From: Acholeplasmataceae bacterium
Lineage (GTDB): Bacteria > Bacillota_I > Bacilli_A > Acholeplasmatales > Acholeplasmataceae
NCBI GenBank assembly: GCA_963667565.1
Contig: OY763415.1
Coordinates: 224,001-288,000 of the forward strand
Direction: 5' to 3'
Length of the DNA stretch: 64,000 nucleotides
Shown here: positions 41,894 to 52,324 of the stretch, one piece after another
Numbering within the stretch: the stretch's first letter is position 1
Layout of the letters: each line of letters begins with the position of its first letter
Made by a program: the position numbers and the translations under genes
The notes under the pieces: generated by a model
Seen by the model: only the letters and a program-made list of their open reading frames with translations
The model's database searches: none
Told to the model about the DNA's origin: nothing

Positions 41894-43012
41894 ATGAAGA
41901 AATTATTTATAGTAGTGATTGGTATATTTTGTGTGATTCTACTTAATAATCAAGTTGTTTATGCAAAATCAAATAGTCATATTGAATATGTGACAGAAAC
42001 TTATTATGAATCATTTTTCAATAATGATGGTCAAACAATAAAAAATGAAATTGGAGAAAAAGAAGCTAAAGAAAAAATACAAATTAAACAAAAATACAAA
42101 AATTTAAAGAATGAATACAAAAAATATTTAAATGATGAATTGACTTTAGATGATGAGAATCAACTAGTTGATGAATTGAATGAAACAATCTCAATTTTAT
42201 CCGCAATAGGTGAACATTTATCAATTGAAGATGATGGTGGTGGAGGCAGCTCAACGTTGACATTTAATCCAGTTGAAGGATCTGAAAATGTCACAGTTGC
42301 ACATATTGATGAAGCATATGCCACTGTTATGGCATATTCAGAATTTCTAGATGATATTGATTAAACCAAATTAACTCTTTATGTACAATTTGATACAAAT
42401 GAAGATGAAGGAATGAATATAGTTAGTACACTTGAGTGGTTTTCAGAACCTAATGAACAATATTTAGATTATATGGCTATAGGATACCCAACTACAGTGA
42501 TGCCTGATTATTCAACTGTTGAATTAAAAACAGAGGTAATATATGATATACCCGGTGATACAACTAAACGCCAGTATGATAGTAATATTACTTATAGTGA
42601 AGCATTATCGGATGGTGTTATATTTGATGATACAAACGGACTGATTTGGAGCGTATATCCATATATCTCATATTCAAATTATGGAGTTTATCCTTTAGAA
42701 ACCGCTGTAAAGACTCATGTTTATGACGAAAATAATGTAGCTGTTTCAGATGTACACATACAAAGTTTTAAATTCATAATGTCAGTTCAAATGGTACCTT
42801 ATGATACAAATAATGTGTATTCGGATAATAATATGATTATTTGGACTGATTACAGACATATGGAGTTTCATATAACTTTTGGAGCTTCAGGAACTGTTAG
42901 AGTTTATTTAATCGGATCAAATCCACAAGCTTTCTTAACAATTGATATATCATTTCAACTACGAGATGATATGGAAAGGTTAATAAAGATTCAATTAATT
43001 TTTGATAATTAA
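41894..43012 (+). pseudogene. Secreted protein gene split by one in-frame TAA (42362-42364)
   Basis: The two track ORFs are in the same frame and the gap reads TKLTLYVQFDTNEDEG; N-terminal signal peptide. Confidence 0.7.
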
Positions 43013-43028
43013 GAATAGAAGGTAAATA

Positions 43029-43253
43029 ATGAAAAATCAATTAATATTCGCTTTAGAAATTTTTATGTTTATAATATTTATTGTCAGTTTAATATCAATA
43101 CCATTTGTACCTTTAAGTGGAAACATTGTTTCTACTGAAACTCTTTTGTCGCAGTTGGTTAAGGTTATAAAATATGGATTTATTTCTACATGTGCCGGTA
43201 TATTTATAATTATTTTAGAATTGCTAAAAAAATCAAAAAATAAAACAGATTAA
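43029..43253 (+). CDS. Small protein with two TM helices
   Basis: 74 aa, two hydrophobic helices, AAGGT RBS. Confidence 0.6.
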   Translation: MKNQLIFALEIFMFIIFIVSLISIPFVPLSGNIVSTETLLSQLVKVIKYGFISTCAGIFIIILELLKKSKNKTD

Positions 43254-43337
43254 AACAAATAATTAACAATAAAGAAATATATAGTGACTAGTTTGCGAAA
43301 CAAGTTTCAATATATATAATAAAATATGTACACAATG

Positions 43338-43376
43338 AAAAAGACATATTAGAAATAAATCTAGTATGTCTTTTTT
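43338..43376. terminator. Bidirectional terminator
   Basis: AAAAAGACATATTAGA...TCTAGTATGTCTTTTT. Confidence 0.65.
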
Positions 43377-43493
43377 AATATACTAAAAACAAATTCAAAG
43401 AGCTCGTAACTATGCAGTATAGAATTAAATCTCTTAAGTTTTTTTATGAATGTCTGTTCTAAAGGAACTAATTATCATGGAATGGCTTTTATT

Positions 43494-44312
43494 TTAAACT
43501 AAATTAAAAAACTTTTGTAAATATTTAGCAAGTCCTGCTTCATCATTAGTAACATCAGTGATTTGATAAGCAACTTCTTTAAGTTGTGGTACTCCATTTT
43601 TCATTGCAACTCCAAAGCTCATTTCCTTGATCATTTCCAAGTCATTAATACCATCACCAAATGCGATTGTATTTTTAGGATCAATATCAAAATAATTAAT
43701 TAAATAATTAAGAGCTGATGCTTTTGATGTATGCTTTAAATAAACTTCATACATGACATTACCATTTTTATCAGTACCCCAACGTCTAAATGAAAGTGTT
43801 TCTGGATATTGAAATGTGATCCAAGATTCAAATTTATCAACGAAATCATGATTGATTAAAAATATCATACCATTGGGTTCAACATCTAAATCAGTGAATT
43901 CACATTCAATTAACTTTCCACTACTTAAGCCAACAAAATAAGTTTCAAGCTCTTTATTGTATTTATATGCATATACTGTTTTTTCAATTGAAAAGAATGC
44001 AGATTCTATATGGTCTTTAGAGTATTCAAATAAAGTCTTCATTACCTTAATTGGAATATAGGTTCTCTGTTTTGCAAATTCAATATGTCCTGGGTGATCA
44101 ATGGAAGCACCATTGTCAGTGATGATTGGATTATCTATACCAATTTCATTATAAATATGTAGACATCCACCAAGAGGACGACCGGTTGCAATCACAACTT
44201 TATGTCCTAGATCAGAGACTTTTCTTAAAGTTTCTATGGTGATTGGATCTAATTTTCCTTGTTCATTCAGCAATGTTCCATCTATGTCACATGCAATTAA
44301 ATATTTTTTCAT
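43494..44312 (-). CDS. Cof-type HAD-IIB hydrolase
   Basis: DIDGTLL, ATGR, SKASA, FGDGINDLEM. Confidence 0.93.
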   Translation of the reverse strand: MKKYLIACDIDGTLLNEQGKLDPITIETLRKVSDLGHKVVIATGRPLGGCLHIYNEIGIDNPIITDNGASIDHPGHIEFAKQRTYIPIKVMKTLFEYSKDHIESAFFSIEKTVYAYKYNKELETYFVGLSSGKLIECEFTDLDVEPNGMIFLINHDFVDKFESWITFQYPETLSFRRWGTDKNGNVMYEVYLKHTSKASALNYLINYFDIDPKNTIAFGDGINDLEMIKEMSFGVAMKNGVPQLKEVAYQITDVTNDEAGLAKYLQKFFNLV

Positions 44313-44474
44313 AACTCCACCTCTTACTTATATATTATCTCACAAAGTGAAAAGTTTTCATAGTATTTACATGCAAAGATTTTGTATATTTTTTATGTGA
44401 TATTTTCTTATAAAATATTACATGCTTTATGTTATATCATTACCATGATATAATAACTATTAGGAGCTGATCTC

Positions 44475-45248
44475 ATGTTAGTTTTATTAGATATAGGACC
44501 ATTTAGTCTTGATTTTGGTATTTTAATCAGTTTTATACTAGGCACAAGTTTCGGATTACTTTTGTTTTTTTTACTATACATTTATGCAATGATTAGAGGG
44601 CTTAACAAAAATTCTAAGTTTAGAAGTGCTGATGAGACTGACATTGATGAAGAAGAAATCAAATGGCTAATCAAAGATGCTCAAGAACAATTTAAAAATA
44701 AAGACTTAAGAACACAAAATGGTATGTATAATCACTTATCACATATCTTACAAGAACTATCTGTTGATATTTCTAAAAAGTTTTATCCAAATTCAAAATA
44801 TCCATATCTAGAATTAACCATAGATGAATCACTTAAATTAAATCACTATATAACAGATCGATTAGATGAGTTATTAAAAGGTAAGATACTTGCTTTGACA
44901 CGTGGGTTTACCTATTCAAGAATTAGAGAAATGACTGAACTAAAAACAAAAGTTGATCAATCGGTCATTGGAAAAGCTGCTAAACAATATTCAACATTTT
45001 CTAAAGCTGCAATGGCAACGCTTAATGCAGTAAACCCAGTGTATTGGGTAAGAAAATTCACAAAAGATGTCATGTTAAATATTGTTGTCGTAAGAATTGG
45101 ATTAGCACTTATTGCAATTACAGGTGAAGAAACCTATAAGATTTATAGCAAGAAAGTATTTAATATCGAAAAGACCATTGATACAGGTATCGAAGATTTA
45201 TATGAAATGATTAAAGATGATGTCAAAAAGGACGGTGAATCCTCTTGA
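44475..45248 (+). CDS. Membrane-anchored hypothetical protein
   Basis: N-terminal TM; overlaps the ftsK start by 4 bp. Confidence 0.7.
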   Translation: MLVLLDIGPFSLDFGILISFILGTSFGLLLFFLLYIYAMIRGLNKNSKFRSADETDIDEEEIKWLIKDAQEQFKNKDLRTQNGMYNHLSHILQELSVDISKKFYPNSKYPYLELTIDESLKLNHYITDRLDELLKGKILALTRGFTYSRIREMTELKTKVDQSVIGKAAKQYSTFSKAAMATLNAVNPVYWVRKFTKDVMLNIVVVRIGLALIAITGEETYKIYSKKVFNIEKTIDTGIEDLYEMIKDDVKKDGESS

Positions 45249-47356
45249 GAAAAAGAAAACAAGTAGAAACATTAGAATTACCAAAACCAGTTTTCTCAAT
45301 TTATCAATTTCCAAAATATGAAGGTATTCGTGGTAAAAAGAAATACGAATCTTCTCATTTTGTTTCGCCTATTTTTGGTACCAAAGTCAAAGATATCGTA
45401 ACAGTACCATTTCAAGTAAAAACATTAGGAGATACGACTAAACGTTTTGATGCGTTTAGAACTAAACCAAAGATGAATGGTAAGGAAGCTGTAGAAAAAT
45501 ACGGGACCAAATATTACGAATTCACTAATATTGTTACACAAAATACGAGAGAAGAGTATTTTGGAAAATCAACATATGAGACCTCACCTCAAATTGGTAA
45601 AAAAGAAGAAGAAAAACCTAAAATCAAGCCAATTAGCAAAAACTATAAAGAGTTTGAAGAACCTAAAGATAAACCAGTACTACCAGCTTTTGAAGCTAAA
45701 CAAAAGTTTGTTGAATTAGAACCTGAAGTATGTGAAGAAGACTTTGAAGATGAAGTCATTGAACCTAAGGTTGAACAAAGTTTTGAACCACAATTTGAAA
45801 CATTTAGAAGACCTGATCAAAATGAAGATGAAGAAAAACCTAAGCTTGTGGTATCATCTGATTTTGGAAGCACACCTAAACCACTTGAGGAAAAACCTAA
45901 AGTCGAACAAAAAAGAACAGTTTTAGAGCCAGAAATGAAAGCATATGTCTATCCAGATATTTCCATATTTTCAAGAAAAGAAAGAGATTTGAATGAACAA
46001 CCACAATGGTTATTAGACCAAATAGATGCGATTAATGCAACACTTCAAGAGTTTGGTATTGAAGGTCAAGTGAATTCAAGTAAAAAAGGACCTACTGTTA
46101 CCAGATATGAAATTGCTTTAGAGCCAGGTGTTAATGTTAAACGTATCTCAAATATTTCTGATAATTTAATGATGAGTTTAGCATCAAAATCTATTCGTAT
46201 TGAAGCGCCAATTCCAGGTAAACCATATGTTGGACTTGAAGTGCCTAACGTTCAAACTGAAATTGTTGCATATGGTAATGTTGTTGCAAATCCTAATTTT
46301 TTAGGAGATAAAGAACACCCACTTAAGGTTGCACTTGGTGTCGATATTGATGGTGAAGATATTTTTGTTGATATTGCATCAATGCCTCATGGTCTTATTG
46401 CAGGTGCTACAAACAGTGGAAAGAGTGTATGTGTCAATACAATCTTAGTCAGTTTATTATTAAAAAATTCTCCAGAAGATTTAAAATTAATCTTAATTGA
46501 CCCTAAGATGGTTGAACTTACACCATATAATGATTTACCACATTTAGTGACACCTGTTATCACGGATGCAAAAATGGCTGCTCAAGCTTTAGGTTGGGCT
46601 GTATCAGAAATGGAAAAACGATATCAAATGTTTGCAAGAAGCAGATCAAGAGATATCAAGTCATATAATCATAATATTAAACGTGGTTTAGTTGATGATA
46701 AGAAAATGCCTTATATCGTTATCATTATTGATGAGTTAGCAGACTTAATGATGGTTTCACCTCATGAGGTTGAAGACTCTATTCAAAGAATCACGCAAAA
46801 AGCAAGAGCAGCTGGTATTCACTTATTGGTTGCCACTCAAAGACCAACGACAGATGTTGTTAAAGGAACGATTAAATCAAATATTCCTGCAAGAATCGCA
46901 TTTAAAGTTGCGTCGTTTGTCGATTCAACAACGATTTTAGATGGTGCAGGAGCAGAAACATTATTAGGTAAAGGTGATATGCTTCTTAAAAAAGACGATA
47001 GAGCCCATCGTTTACAAGGTGCTTATATCAAAGATGATGAAATCTATGATGTTACTGATTTCATCAGAGCCCATCAAAAACCAGATTACATTTTTGAACA
47101 TGAAGCATTAAGACAACAAGTTGAAATGAATGAAGTTGCATCAGATGATTTATTTGAACCAGTTGCATATTTTGTTGTAGAAAATCAAAATGCATCGATT
47201 AATAGTATCCAAAAACAATTTGAAATTGGATTTAATCGTGCACAAAAAATTGTAGAAATGCTTGAGTATTATCAAATTGTTTCACAAAGCCAAGGAACAA
47301 AAGCACGTGAAGTGCTTGTCACCTTATCTGAACTTGATGATATTATAGGACATTAA
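45245..47356 (+). CDS. ftsK: FtsK/SpoIIIE-family DNA translocase without an N-terminal TM domain (SftA-like)
   Basis: GATNSGKS, IDPKMVEL, DELADLM, ATQRP, gamma domain IGFNRA; TTG start. Confidence 0.92.
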   Translation: MRKRKQVETLELPKPVFSIYQFPKYEGIRGKKKYESSHFVSPIFGTKVKDIVTVPFQVKTLGDTTKRFDAFRTKPKMNGKEAVEKYGTKYYEFTNIVTQNTREEYFGKSTYETSPQIGKKEEEKPKIKPISKNYKEFEEPKDKPVLPAFEAKQKFVELEPEVCEEDFEDEVIEPKVEQSFEPQFETFRRPDQNEDEEKPKLVVSSDFGSTPKPLEEKPKVEQKRTVLEPEMKAYVYPDISIFSRKERDLNEQPQWLLDQIDAINATLQEFGIEGQVNSSKKGPTVTRYEIALEPGVNVKRISNISDNLMMSLASKSIRIEAPIPGKPYVGLEVPNVQTEIVAYGNVVANPNFLGDKEHPLKVALGVDIDGEDIFVDIASMPHGLIAGATNSGKSVCVNTILVSLLLKNSPEDLKLILIDPKMVELTPYNDLPHLVTPVITDAKMAAQALGWAVSEMEKRYQMFARSRSRDIKSYNHNIKRGLVDDKKMPYIVIIIDELADLMMVSPHEVEDSIQRITQKARAAGIHLLVATQRPTTDVVKGTIKSNIPARIAFKVASFVDSTTILDGAGAETLLGKGDMLLKKDDRAHRLQGAYIKDDEIYDVTDFIRAHQKPDYIFEHEALRQQVEMNEVASDDLFEPVAYFVVENQNASINSIQKQFEIGFNRAQKIVEMLEYYQIVSQSQGTKAREVLVTLSELDDIIGH

Positions 47357-47374
47357 TTTATTTAAAAAAGAAGG

Positions 47375-48172
47375 ATGATTCGCATGAAAAAACACCATTT
47401 GTATCTATACTTAACATTAAGTATTATCATGATGATTGGAGCAATCGTTCTTTTTGTTTTTGATCAAAGCCCGATGTATTATAGTTGGCCGCTTAAGTTA
47501 TTTACACTAGCATCTTTTGTTGCAGTGATTTCATTGGTTATTGGTATCCTATATTTGAATAAAAAAAGTGAACCTAATGAGCATGCACTAAATACAATTG
47601 AATGGTTTAGATTTTTAAGCATGTCACTCATGATTATCCTCATTGTATTTATGTATTTTATTTCTTCAGCAACTGTATTTCAAAATTCTATGAATCCAAC
47701 GCTTGAAAACAGTGATGTTGTTTTAATTTATCATTATACGTATACTCCAAAAAGAGGAGATATTATCATTATTGATGTGCATCAAGAAAATTATCCTAAT
47801 CATAGCGGAGAACCTGAATATTATGTAAAAAGAGTTTATGGATGTCCAGGAGATACTGTGACTTTTCAATATGTAAGTCAAAATGCTTATAAGATTTTAA
47901 TTAATGGAGAAATTGTTACAAATGAGTATGGAGAAGAATACTATGCTGAAGTCAATACTAACATGGTCCAAATGGTAAATCCAAGCTATAGTGAAAAAGA
48001 TGTTATTGAAGAAGCATTAGACGAAAATCATCAAATCAAAGAAGGTAGATATTTAGTCTTTGGTGATAATCAAGATAATTCTGTTGATTCAAGAGATTTA
48101 GGTGGTATTTATAAAGAAGACATTGTAGGAAAAGTGATTTTTAGATTATCACCATTTGGAGGGATATCATGA
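47375..48172 (+). CDS. lepB: Signal peptidase I
   Basis: SMNPTL, YVKRV.G.PGD, GDN..NS.DSR. Confidence 0.92.
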   Translation: MIRMKKHHLYLYLTLSIIMMIGAIVLFVFDQSPMYYSWPLKLFTLASFVAVISLVIGILYLNKKSEPNEHALNTIEWFRFLSMSLMIILIVFMYFISSATVFQNSMNPTLENSDVVLIYHYTYTPKRGDIIIIDVHQENYPNHSGEPEYYVKRVYGCPGDTVTFQYVSQNAYKILINGEIVTNEYGEEYYAEVNTNMVQMVNPSYSEKDVIEEALDENHQIKEGRYLVFGDNQDNSVDSRDLGGIYKEDIVGKVIFRLSPFGGIS

Positions 48173-49026
48173 GTGAACAAAAAGATAAACAAATTCAGTG
48201 GTATCCAGGACATATGTTTAAATCGATTAGAGAGATTAAAGAAAAAGTCTCTTTAATGGATATGGTGATGATTTTATTAGATGCTAGACTTCCACTCTCA
48301 TCAATGAATCCAGAAATCATCAAGGTTGTTAAACATAAACCAGTATTAATCCTATTGAATAAAATGGATTTAGCAGATCCTAAAGTTTTGTCTCAATTTA
48401 TTACATATTTTCAAGATCAAGGATTTTACACATTAGCTATTGATGCTAATGGTAAAAAAAATGTGAATAAAATATATTCAACTTGTATTGATATTTTAAA
48501 TGAAAAACATCAAAGACAAATGAATAAAGGTTTAAAAACAAGAGCAATTAGAACAATGATATTAGGCATTCCTAATGTTGGTAAATCGACATTAATTAAT
48601 GCACTTGCTAATAAAAAAGCAACGAGAACTGGAAATACACCAGGGGTGACTAAAGCACAACAATGGATTAAATTATCAGGCGAGTTTGAACTACTTGATA
48701 CACCAGGTGTTTTATGGCCAAAGTTTGATGATATGAAAGTCGCATATCACTTAGCGATTACAGGGGCAATTAAAGACCATATTTTACCACTTGATGATGT
48801 TTGCCAATATGCACTTAATTTTTTGAAAGAAAATTATCTAAAACAACTTGAATCAAGATATCAAATCACAAAAGAAATGAGTTATGTCGAGATGCTTGAT
48901 CAAATTGGAAAAGTCAGAGGTGCACTTCTTAAAGGTCATGAGATCGATTATGATCGTGTATATCAAATCATTTTAACAGACATTAGAGGACGTCAATTAG
49001 GAGGGCTTTCTTTTGATAGACTATAA
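48169..49026 (+). CDS. rbgA: Ribosome biogenesis GTPase RbgA/YlqF
   Basis: QWYPGHM, GIPNVGKST, LLDTPG. Confidence 0.95.
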   Translation: MSEQKDKQIQWYPGHMFKSIREIKEKVSLMDMVMILLDARLPLSSMNPEIIKVVKHKPVLILLNKMDLADPKVLSQFITYFQDQGFYTLAIDANGKKNVNKIYSTCIDILNEKHQRQMNKGLKTRAIRTMILGIPNVGKSTLINALANKKATRTGNTPGVTKAQQWIKLSGEFELLDTPGVLWPKFDDMKVAYHLAITGAIKDHILPLDDVCQYALNFLKENYLKQLESRYQITKEMSYVEMLDQIGKVRGALLKGHEIDYDRVYQIILTDIRGRQLGGLSFDRL

Positions 49027-49654
49027 TTTATACGAATATGAAGAAAAACTTTATAAATTAGGCGTTAAATACATTGCTGGTATTGATGAAGCAGGTAGAG
49101 GACCACTCGCTGGACCTGTGGTTGCTGCTGCAGTGATTTTAAAACCCGGTGCTAAACTAGATTTAGTTGATGATAGCAAAAAACTAAGCGAAGCACAAAG
49201 AGAAAAAGCACTCATTCAAATTAAAGAACATGCCTTAGCGATTGGCATTGGTATGTGTTCTGTCCAAGAAATTGATCAAATTAATATTTATCGAGCTGCA
49301 AGAGAAGCAATGATTTCTGCAGTTAAGCAATTAAAAATTAAACCGGAGTTTTTATTAATAGATGCTATGCCGATTGAGATGGACATACCATCTGAGTCTA
49401 TTATTAAAGGTGATCAAAAAAGTGTGAGTATAGCAGCTGCATCTATTGTCGCAAAAACAACAAGAGATATGTATATGATGGAAATGGATAAATTATTTCC
49501 AGAATTTGAATTTAGCAAACATAAAGGATATGGAACAAAACTTCATATTGAAAAATTAAATCAATTTGGATATACACCAATCCACAGAAAAACATATGAA
49601 CCTATTAAAACCATGATTAAAGAAGGTAAAAAGCCTTATGAGAAAACTCTTTGA
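49013..49654 (+). CDS. rnhB: Ribonuclease HII
   Basis: GIDEAGRGPLAGPV, DSKKL, AAASIVAK, HKGYGT. Confidence 0.96.
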   Translation: MIDYNLYEYEEKLYKLGVKYIAGIDEAGRGPLAGPVVAAAVILKPGAKLDLVDDSKKLSEAQREKALIQIKEHALAIGIGMCSVQEIDQINIYRAAREAMISAVKQLKIKPEFLLIDAMPIEMDIPSESIIKGDQKSVSIAAASIVAKTTRDMYMMEMDKLFPEFEFSKHKGYGTKLHIEKLNQFGYTPIHRKTYEPIKTMIKEGKKPYEKTL

Positions 49655-50147
49655 GCTAGATAAGAAAAATTACACCAATAATGATCAAATAATTAATCGT
49701 ATTGCAGTAAGAGCAATCATCTATGAAAAACCTTTTCTATATATGGTACAGTCTAAAAAATTCCAAGAGTATAAATTTCCTGGAGGAGGACAAAACCCAG
49801 GTGAATCTTTAATTGATACATTAAAAAGAGAAACATTAGAAGAATCAGGCATTAAAATTCAAGATAACATGACTTTATATGGTTATGTTATAGAAAAAAG
49901 AAAGTCATTTCACGAAAAAGATACTGTTTTTCATATGACATCATATTATTATTTATGTCAATTAAAAGAACAAAGTACGTATAGACATTTAGATCCATAT
50001 GAAATTGAATTTGGTTATGACATTCATAAAGTACATATTGATGATGCAATCAAACAAAATGAACAACTCATATTAAAAGATATTTCTCAATACTCATGGG
50101 TCACACGAGAATTACAAGTCTTAAAAATGATCAAGGATGAATTATAA
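49638..50147 (+). CDS. NUDIX hydrolase
   Basis: PGGG..PGES...L.RE..EESG Nudix box. Confidence 0.88.
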   Translation: MRKLFELDKKNYTNNDQIINRIAVRAIIYEKPFLYMVQSKKFQEYKFPGGGQNPGESLIDTLKRETLEESGIKIQDNMTLYGYVIEKRKSFHEKDTVFHMTSYYYLCQLKEQSTYRHLDPYEIEFGYDIHKVHIDDAIKQNEQLILKDISQYSWVTRELQVLKMIKDEL

Positions 50148-50258
50148 TTGATTCATCTTTTTTTATGGAAGTATTTATGTGAACTTTCCCATAAAATAAA
50201 ATGAACAAAAAAATATATATTATATAAATATATATAGAAAGAATCAAAACTTTTTTAC

Positions 50259-50286
50259 TTGACTTATCAATGATTGTTACTATAAT
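50259..50286 (+). promoter_or_regulatory. Promoter of topA
   Basis: TTGACT-16 bp-TATAAT. Confidence 0.65.
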
Positions 50287-50309
50287 AGATATGGAAATGG
50301 AGTGTTTAC

Positions 50310-52094
50310 ATGAAAGAAAAACTAATCATTGTGGAATCACCATCTAAATCAAAAACAATCCAATCTTACCTTGGAGGTAACACAACTGTATTATCATCTA
50401 AAGGACATATTAGAGATTTAGCGATTTCTGGTAAAGACGGATTGGGTATAGATATAGAAAATGATTTTCAACCATCTTATGTACCGATTAAAGGTAAAGC
50501 ACAAGTTATTAAAGAATTAAAAAATGCAGCTAAAGATAAAGATGTATTAATTGCAACCGACCCCGATAGAGAAGGTGAAGCAATCGGCTGGCATTTGGCA
50601 CAAGTCTTAGGATTAGACACCAATGACAAAAATCGTATCATCTTTAGAGAAATCACAAAACAAGCTGTGACTGAAGCATTAGAACATCCAAGAAAAATTG
50701 ATCAAGATTTGGTAAACTCACAAGAAGCTAGAAGAATACTAGATCGTATTATTGGATTTAAATTATCAAAATTATTACAATCAAAGATCAAATCTAAATC
50801 TGCAGGTCGTGTGCAATCAGTTGCACTTAAACTCATTGTTGATTTAGAGAAACAAATCGAAGCATTCATTCCTGAGACATATTATGAATTAGATGCTAAA
50901 TTTTCAAAATTTAAGGCAGACTATATCATTCCAAGTAAAACTAGAATTGGCTTGGAACAAGCAACAAAGGTTAAAGAAGAATCAATCAATCCATTTATAG
51001 TAAAATCAGTGGAAGTTAAAGATTCTATTCGTAATGCGAGAGCACCATTTATCACATCAACACTTCAACAAGATGCAATCAATTATTTATATATGAGTGC
51101 AACCAAAGCGATGAGAGTTGCACAAGAATTATATGAAGGTATTGAAATCCACGGTGAAATGATGGGTTTGATCACATATATGCGTACAGATTCTACAAGA
51201 CTTGCAGAACCATTTGTTAATGATGCTAAGCATTATATAGAAAACACATATGGAAAAGCTTATGTGGGTAAATACAAGGTTACTACAAGTGAGAATGCTC
51301 AAGATGCGCATGAAGCAATTAGACCAACAAGTTTACAAAACACACCAGAGGAAATGGAACCTTATTTATCAAAAGATGAATATAAACTCTATAAGAGAAT
51401 TTATGAGAGAACAGTCGCATCACTTATGGCACCTGCAGTCTATGAAGCGACCAAAGTTGTATTAGAAAGTCATGGACATGCTTATTTGGCTGAAGGACTC
51501 ACATTGACATTTGATGGTCATTATAAAGCATTTAATGATCAAATGCCAAAAGAGAAGAAACTACCTCATTTAGAAGTTGGACATGAGATTAATGCTCACG
51601 AGATCGAACTCTTTGAGAAACAGACAACACCACCAGCAAGATATAGTGAAGCATCACTGATCAAAGAGATGGAATCTTTAGGTATTGGTAGACCATCAAC
51701 GTATGCACAAACCATTCAAACGATTAAAGCTAGAGATTATGTTAAACTTGAATCAAAAAGATTTGTTCCAACTGAACAAGGTAAACTTACATCTGAACAA
51801 TTAGATTTATTCTTTAATAAGATTATCAATGTTGAATATACATCAAGAATGGAAAAAGCATTAGATGAAATATCAGATAATCATACATCAGGTGTTAAGA
51901 TTGTCAGTGACTTTTATCACAGTTTTATCCCTATGGTAAATCATGCGCAAAAAGACATGAAGAAAATTGAACCAAAGATGACCGATGAATTATGTCCAGT
52001 TTGTGGAAAGCCTTTAGTAGTGAGAACTTCCAAGTATGGTGAATTTCATGCATGCAGTGGATTTCCTAAATGTAGATACATTAAAAAGGACTAG
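50310..52094 (+). CDS. topA: DNA topoisomerase I (compact, one C-terminal Zn ribbon)
   Basis: VESPSK, ATDPDREGE, SAGRVQS, ITYMRTDS, AHEAIRPT. Confidence 0.96.
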   Translation: MKEKLIIVESPSKSKTIQSYLGGNTTVLSSKGHIRDLAISGKDGLGIDIENDFQPSYVPIKGKAQVIKELKNAAKDKDVLIATDPDREGEAIGWHLAQVLGLDTNDKNRIIFREITKQAVTEALEHPRKIDQDLVNSQEARRILDRIIGFKLSKLLQSKIKSKSAGRVQSVALKLIVDLEKQIEAFIPETYYELDAKFSKFKADYIIPSKTRIGLEQATKVKEESINPFIVKSVEVKDSIRNARAPFITSTLQQDAINYLYMSATKAMRVAQELYEGIEIHGEMMGLITYMRTDSTRLAEPFVNDAKHYIENTYGKAYVGKYKVTTSENAQDAHEAIRPTSLQNTPEEMEPYLSKDEYKLYKRIYERTVASLMAPAVYEATKVVLESHGHAYLAEGLTLTFDGHYKAFNDQMPKEKKLPHLEVGHEINAHEIELFEKQTTPPARYSEASLIKEMESLGIGRPSTYAQTIQTIKARDYVKLESKRFVPTEQGKLTSEQLDLFFNKIINVEYTSRMEKALDEISDNHTSGVKIVSDFYHSFIPMVNHAQKDMKKIEPKMTDELCPVCGKPLVVRTSKYGEFHACSGFPKCRYIKKD

Positions 52095-52161
52095 ATTGCT
52101 GTAAATTATGTTAAAGATTATATGTCTTTACATTTTGATTTAAAAGTGTTAATATAATTAT

Positions 52162-52268
52162 GCATCCATAAAATTAGGATGTTACTTATCCCCTATTTAG
52201 TGTACGAAAGTACACAAAAAATCCCCTTAATTGACCCCTCGACATTTTGTTGAGGGGTCGCTTTTTTT
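52162..52268 (+). ncRNA. Candidate small RNA with three CCCCT motifs
   Basis: Promoter TTTACA-17 bp-TAATAT (52127-52155), GNRA hairpin GTGTAC-GAAA-GTACAC, strong terminator, no ORF. Confidence 0.5.
52233..52268 (+). terminator. Intrinsic terminator
   Basis: GACCCCTCGACA-TTT-TGTTGAGGGGTC followed by T7. Confidence 0.85.
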
Positions 52269-52324
52269 AACACTTTTTAAGATATATATGTTATAATATC
52301 TTATGGAAAACGGAGGCGTATTTC

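Noticed and set aside
50205..50240. AT dinucleotide run upstream of topA
   Set aside because: Low-complexity sequence expected in an AT-rich promoter region; no further support.
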